From an uncultured Candidatus Saccharibacteria bacterium (GTDB taxonomy: Bacteria; Patescibacteriota; UBA1384; JAMDBS01; DAOVQR01): DNA of 64,000 bases. Position numbers and translations under genes: made by a program. The stretch lies in NCBI GenBank assembly GCA_964481135.1, contig CAYZSW010000002.1, positions 29,283 to 93,282 of the forward strand. The letters run 5' to 3'. A model generated the notes under the pieces. It searched no databases and was not told the DNA's origin. It saw only the letters and a program-made list of their open reading frames with translations. Position 1 is the first letter of the stretch, and every line of letters starts with the position of its first letter. Below, piece by piece: positions 59,367 through 64,000 of the stretch.

Positions 59367-59600
59367 TCATTTTTCCAATTTTCCCAATTCTTCTTTGGCA
59401 ACTTTTAACTCTTCTTCTAAATCATTAACATACTCTTTAAGCATCTTTTTCTCATCTGCATCTGTTACTCTCTGAACTTGTTGCCATCCATATCCTCTTC
59501 CAAGTCCTCTACCGCGTCTTAGTCCACCATTACATGGACCCATTCCGCGTCCTGTCATTGGACCATAACCCATTGGACCTGTTCCATCAAATCTTGGCAT
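59367..59600 (-). CDS. DUF5320-like protein
   Basis: MP.FDGTGP.G.GPMTGRG.G.C and C-terminal coiled coil. Confidence 0.85.
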   Translation of the reverse strand: MPRFDGTGPMGYGPMTGRGMGPCNGGLRRGRGLGRGYGWQQVQRVTDADEKKMLKEYVNDLEEELKVAKEELGKLEK

Positions 59601-59630
59601 AATCTATCCTTTCTATATTAAATTAAATCT

Positions 59631-59987
59631 TTATATATTCTGAGGATACCGACCAAATCCTCTTTTAATACCTAATCTTCTTTTTAATTTTGGTGTAAAA
59701 TTTGCATTTTGACCAGAAATAATTTCAATTGCTTTTCCATTAACAAGTGCATCGGTAATTTTTTTTCTTGCTGATTTTAAAATTCTTACTACGGTAGGAC
59801 GCGATATTTTCATTTTTTTAGCTACTTCTTCTTGCTCTAAATTTTCAACATCTTTTAACCTAATTGCCTCCAGTTCATCTGCCTCTAGTTGAATGCTTTC
59901 TAACATTCTAACAGGGACTCCGACTGGTTTAAAAATTGTTGTATTCGGCCAAAATCTTACAAATCTTTTTCTAAATGGACGAGTCAT
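59631..59987 (-). CDS. DUF134 family HTH protein
   Basis: RP...R, FKP.G.P, ELEAIRL.D...L.QEE.A..M.ISR.T, AL..GKAI. Confidence 0.9.
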   Translation of the reverse strand: MTRPFRKRFVRFWPNTTIFKPVGVPVRMLESIQLEADELEAIRLKDVENLEQEEVAKKMKISRPTVVRILKSARKKITDALVNGKAIEIISGQNANFTPKLKRRLGIKRGFGRYPQNI

Positions 59988-60009
59988 ATAACTCCTTTCA
60001 GTCACAAAA

Positions 60010-60165
60010 TTATAATTTCTAATATCTAATTTCTAAATAATATCAAAATTCTAATTATCAAATGTTAAAAACTATTTACTCTAACTCTATTGTGATAATT
60101 CAAATTTTTTATTTTTTGAATATTTGGATTTGTTTAGGATTTAGAATTTCGGTATTAGGATTTAT
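60010..60165. repeat. ORF-less heptamer inverted-repeat element
   Basis: aatttct aatatct aatttct aaa ... tttgt ttaggat ttagaat ttcggta ttaggat tt. Confidence 0.75.
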
Positions 60166-60390
60166 TTATTTATAAACATAAGTTCATAAATAATATTAGC
60201 ATATGTTCATAACTTTGTCAAGTCCTAATACTCAAACTATATAAAAAACATCTCCTACCATATTCCACTCCGTAAGTGGAATATGGTTGGCTTATGTCAA
60301 AAAATACCTTGTTAGGGTGATTTTTGTATTTATTTATTAAACAATTAGATCAAATTATTTATCTTTTTGAACTAGCATTTAAAAAATATA

Positions 60391-61788
60391 TTAACAAACT
60401 CTGCCGCGAGTGGTAAATTTTTCGATTTTTCTTTTTGTCTTTGTATCTCCTAATTTCATTCCGGCATTTACAAAATCTTTAAGTAAAATATCAGCCATGC
60501 CACGAGAAAAGTTCTCTCTTACTACCATGCGCATAATTACAATTTTTTCGGCATTTGGAGGCAATGAATAGACAGGAATAATCCAACCTCTTTGGCGTAA
60601 TTTTTCAGACAAATCATACAAATCAAAATTATGTTTTTCTTTTAATTTCACAGCTACAACAGGTAAAAGTTGTGTTGGATTTAATGTGTCAAAAAATCCA
60701 CTATCAATTAATCTTTTAGATAAATATTCTGCATTCGCAATAACATTATTTGCAATACGAGAATATCCTTCTCTACCCAGTCGAATCAAATTATAATATT
60801 GAGCAATAACCATAGAAGACCCTCTAGAAAAGTTTAAAGTATAAGTCGGCATTTCTTCGCCTAAATAATTAACACTAAAAACAATATCTTTTGGCACGTC
60901 TTCTTCATCTCTAAAAATAAGCCATCCAATTCCTGGATATACCAAACCATATTTATGTCCAGAAACATTAATTGATTTAACTTGCTCAAGTCGAAAATCC
61001 CATAACATATCTGGATAGACAAATGGTGCAATAAACCCACCACTTGCTGCATCTACATGAATTGGGATATCCCAACCCTTTTGCTGTTTAATTTTTAAGA
61101 GATGATTATTAATACCTTCTATATCATCATACTGACCTGTAAAAGTTGTACCCAAAATTGCACCAACACAGATGGTATTTTCATCGATACGCCTAGCGAC
61201 TTCTTTTGGACCAATGATGTATCTTCCAACTTCCATTGGAATTATTCTTGGTTCAACATCAAAATATTTAGCAAACTTATCCCAACAAACATGTACATCT
61301 GCACCAAAAACAATATTTGGCTTATCAAATTTTTTCTTTTGTTTTTTTCTTCTATTAATCCATCTCCACTTATGAGCTAAAAGTCCAAGCATTATTGCCT
61401 CTGATGAACCAATAGTAGCAGTACCAACTGATTTTTTATCTTTCGGGGAATTAAAAAGTCGAGCAATCATATTAACACATCTTTGATGAATTACTTCTGT
61501 TTGCGGATATTGATCGTGATCGATAAAATTTTTGTTTATATTTTCTGCAATAAGCTTATTTGCCTCTGGTTCCATCCATGTTGTGCAAAAACTAGCCAAA
61601 TTAAGTGATTGATTACCATCCATATTAAGCTCATCATGCACTAGCTGATAAGCTGCATTTGCAGGTATTGAACGCTGTGGCATTTCAAATTTTGGAGTTG
61701 GCTGGGAAAAATACCGACTCGAATATGTGCTAATGTGTCCATGATTAGATGGATCTAAATCATCTAAATTTTGTTTGCTAGCTAACAT
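60391..61788 (-). CDS. gadB: Glutamate decarboxylase
   Basis: NLASFCTTWME, GSSEAIML, HVDAASGGF, SGHKYGL (PLP Lys), TLNFSR. Confidence 0.95.
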   Translation of the reverse strand: MLASKQNLDDLDPSNHGHISTYSSRYFSQPTPKFEMPQRSIPANAAYQLVHDELNMDGNQSLNLASFCTTWMEPEANKLIAENINKNFIDHDQYPQTEVIHQRCVNMIARLFNSPKDKKSVGTATIGSSEAIMLGLLAHKWRWINRRKKQKKKFDKPNIVFGADVHVCWDKFAKYFDVEPRIIPMEVGRYIIGPKEVARRIDENTICVGAILGTTFTGQYDDIEGINNHLLKIKQQKGWDIPIHVDAASGGFIAPFVYPDMLWDFRLEQVKSINVSGHKYGLVYPGIGWLIFRDEEDVPKDIVFSVNYLGEEMPTYTLNFSRGSSMVIAQYYNLIRLGREGYSRIANNVIANAEYLSKRLIDSGFFDTLNPTQLLPVVAVKLKEKHNFDLYDLSEKLRQRGWIIPVYSLPPNAEKIVIMRMVVRENFSRGMADILLKDFVNAGMKLGDTKTKRKIEKFTTRGRVC

Positions 61789-61961
61789 AATAACCCCTTT
61801 GTGATTAATTTCTAATTATTCTAATTAACCTAATTGCTCTAAACATTAATTGAAAATGGGTTATGGTTAGGATGTCAGCTTTGTTTAGAAGTTAAGTTAT
61901 TGATATTTTACTATTAACTTACTAATTTTATATACTGACTTCTTTACCTTTACCCTCGAAC

Positions 61962-62126
61962 CTATTTTTTTAATCTTATAAATTCGTGTTCGTGTAACTG
62001 GATGTCTTTTTCAATCCTGATAAAATTTACCAAGGAAATCATAACAAGTATTTCAATCACTACTGCAAACACTAAAGCCAAAGTAATTAAAAATCCTATT
62101 GTCATTTTTTTGTGATGTTGATGCAT
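61962..62126 (-). CDS. Small single-TM membrane protein (54 aa)
   Basis: AGGAG RBS before MHQHHKK; one hydrophobic helix; lies between gadC and gadB. Confidence 0.55.
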   Translation of the reverse strand: MHQHHKKMTIGFLITLALVFAVVIEILVMISLVNFIRIEKDIQLHEHEFIRLKK

Positions 62127-62139
62127 ATTGTCTCCTAAA

Positions 62140-63543
62140 TTATTTTTTAGGTAACCAACTTGGTTTTCTAAAATGGTAAACAACAAGTGGCATAGCACAC
62201 ATTATTAAGATTCCGAAAACCAAGAATAAATGATAAAAGGTTAAACCTTGTGCACTTTCTATTGGTTGTGGTGGAATAAACCCAATAGCAATAGCGAAAA
62301 TTGCAGTCAAAATTCCAACTCCAGCAGTAATCCACATACCAATTTTTCCTCCTGGCACATTAAATGACCGATGAACATAATCACGAGTATATTTTAATTT
62401 AATTGCAGAAAAATACATAAAAAGGTAAACAATCAAATATAGTTGAACCGCAAGAGCAGATAAGATCCAAAACGAACTAGATACAGATGGCATAAATAAA
62501 AATACCATTGATATCACGCTTACAATTATTCCTTGAAAAATTAAAATATGAGTTTGAACATCATTTTTATTTGTGTGTTGAAAAAATTTTGGCAGACTTC
62601 CATCGTCAGCAGTTCTTAAAAGTGATTTTGAAGGACCAGCAATCCAAGTAGATACTTGGGCTATCATCCCCGGAGCTGCCAATAATGCTAATATTGGAAC
62701 AATCCATTTTAATCCTAGCTCGCCATATACTTTCATAAATGTTTGCATAATACCAGCTGTTAAAGATATTTCATTTGCCGGTAAGATAATGGCAATCGAA
62801 AGAGCACCGAGTAAAAAAATAGAAATAATAATGATTGCTGAAATAAAAATTGCTTTTGGATAATCTTTTTGTGGATTTTCTACCTCCTGCGCATGAGTAG
62901 CAGAAACCTCAATTCCTGCAAAAAATAAAATTATTCCTGAAAAAAAGACAATATTTTGAGTATTAAATTCTGGAATAAAAGATTGTAAATTAAATGAAAT
63001 TTCTGAAGGATTACCAGCTAAAATCCATACCGCAGCAGTTATTAAAATGACAATAAAAGGAACAATTACACCAGAAATAGTTCCAATATTGGTAAGTGCC
63101 GAAGAAGCTTTCAGTCCTTTAAAATTCCAAAAAGTTGCCCCCCAATAAACAACAATGATCACAAGCATTGTATAGTAGGGATTATTTGCAAGTTCAGCAC
63201 TTCCAAATAAATATGCTAATGTTGCAGCTGTTGCAGCAAGTGCTGTAGGATAAAAAACTAAGTTTTGAGACCATTGAAGCCAGGTAGCTACAAAGCCCCA
63301 TTTTGGCCCAAATGCCTCTTTAACCCAAACATAAATTCCACCTTTTTTTGGCCAGCCGGTAGCTAATTCCGCAGAAATTAACGAAGTTGGCAACAAAAAA
63401 AGCAATGCCGCAAGTAATAAGAAAAATACAATCGATGTGCCATATTCAGCCATAAGTGGCAAACCACGCAGAGAACAAATAAGCGCCACATTAATCATTA
63501 CCAAACCAAAAACAGACAATATACCTTTTTTCTTGTTTGACAT
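62140..63543 (-). CDS. gadC: APC family antiporter, GadC-like (glutamate:GABA)
   Basis: About 12 TMs, AELAT, GG.Y.WV..AFG, FAGIE, NPQKDYPKA; adjacent to glutamate decarboxylase. Confidence 0.85.
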   Translation of the reverse strand: MSNKKKGILSVFGLVMINVALICSLRGLPLMAEYGTSIVFFLLLAALLFLLPTSLISAELATGWPKKGGIYVWVKEAFGPKWGFVATWLQWSQNLVFYPTALAATAATLAYLFGSAELANNPYYTMLVIIVVYWGATFWNFKGLKASSALTNIGTISGVIVPFIVILITAAVWILAGNPSEISFNLQSFIPEFNTQNIVFFSGIILFFAGIEVSATHAQEVENPQKDYPKAIFISAIIIISIFLLGALSIAIILPANEISLTAGIMQTFMKVYGELGLKWIVPILALLAAPGMIAQVSTWIAGPSKSLLRTADDGSLPKFFQHTNKNDVQTHILIFQGIIVSVISMVFLFMPSVSSSFWILSALAVQLYLIVYLFMYFSAIKLKYTRDYVHRSFNVPGGKIGMWITAGVGILTAIFAIAIGFIPPQPIESAQGLTFYHLFLVFGILIMCAMPLVVYHFRKPSWLPKK

Positions 63544-63629
63544 ACCCCTCCATTTTTTTAAAATTAAAATTTAAATTAATTATATCACACCTAAATTTTT
63601 TATAATATAAAACTATTAAAAATTGAATA

Positions 63630-63998
63630 TTATAGGTTTTTTAAACCTCTGTGCTTAGTTGTATCTTTATAATAAATTTTTTTATATGATTCTTCATTAT
63701 TATAATCTAAAAAATGTTCTTGGTGTTCCTGAAAAAAATCTACACTTTTATAATTATGTTTAATACTACACCAATAATTTTCTGTATCTCCTGCAATTTT
63801 TGTTAAATACGCAATAAGTCCGTTAGCATACCCACAATAAACACAGCCCATTTTTTGCATTAAACTTAAATAAGATAATTTATGTCGATCAATAATAATA
63901 TATTTTGATCTTCTAACAATTGGGATTCCATAAAGCGGAAAACATATTCTATGATATATTTCAGCGCATATATCACAAATAACCAGTGGTATAAACAT
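63630..63998 (-). CDS. Hypothetical Cys/His-rich protein (probably starts beyond the window end)
   Basis: ICFPLYGIP, DRHKL.YL, C.YCGYANG, YWC.IKH. Confidence 0.7.
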   Translation of the reverse strand: MFIPLVICDICAEIYHRICFPLYGIPIVRRSKYIIIDRHKLSYLSLMQKMGCVYCGYANGLIAYLTKIAGDTENYWCSIKHNYKSVDFFQEHQEHFLDYNNEESYKKIYYKDTTKHRGLKNL

Positions 63999-64000
63999 AC

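Overview
Low-GC bacterial chromosome segment using the standard genetic code (TGA = stop). Gene content and style suggest a Patescibacteria/CPR organism; this is inference. Content in order: (1) a minus-strand housekeeping run rsmA-rsmI-acyP-metG-tatD-glycosyltransferase, then Phd-like gene-iscS-four helix bundle-iscU-kinase-mnmA-ctpA; (2) a complete A/V-type ATPase operon whose K subunit carries a Na+-binding signature, followed by a Na/Pi symporter; (3) an OTC-pyrB-pyrI operon ending in one 1227-aa PyrC-PyrD-PyrF-PyrE fusion; (4) pcrA, dnaB, dnaX; (5) an accessory block with two membrane-anchored methyltransferases, an ankyrin protein and two surface-protein paralogues with identical 5' halves; (6) five tRNAs (Glu-CTC, a rare Ile-TAT, two abutting CAT tRNAs, Gln-CTG) and two interrupted tRNA-Gln relics; (7) ftsH, a sortase with an LPRTG protein, and gadC-gadB. 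The most striking signal is a pervasive family of periodic (mainly 7-nt) inverted-repeat elements. Two four-helix-bundle genes, one intact and one an unannotated pseudogene, are each bracketed by inverted heptamer arms that supply the upstream gene's stop codon. ORF-less versions fill operon spacers, and the same periodic sequence sits in frame inside MnmA, IscU, IscS, TatD, RsmA and PcrA. Several other small palindromic repeat families are also inserted in frame in TatD, V-ATPase B and the Pyr fusion, inside tRNA relics, and inside one another.
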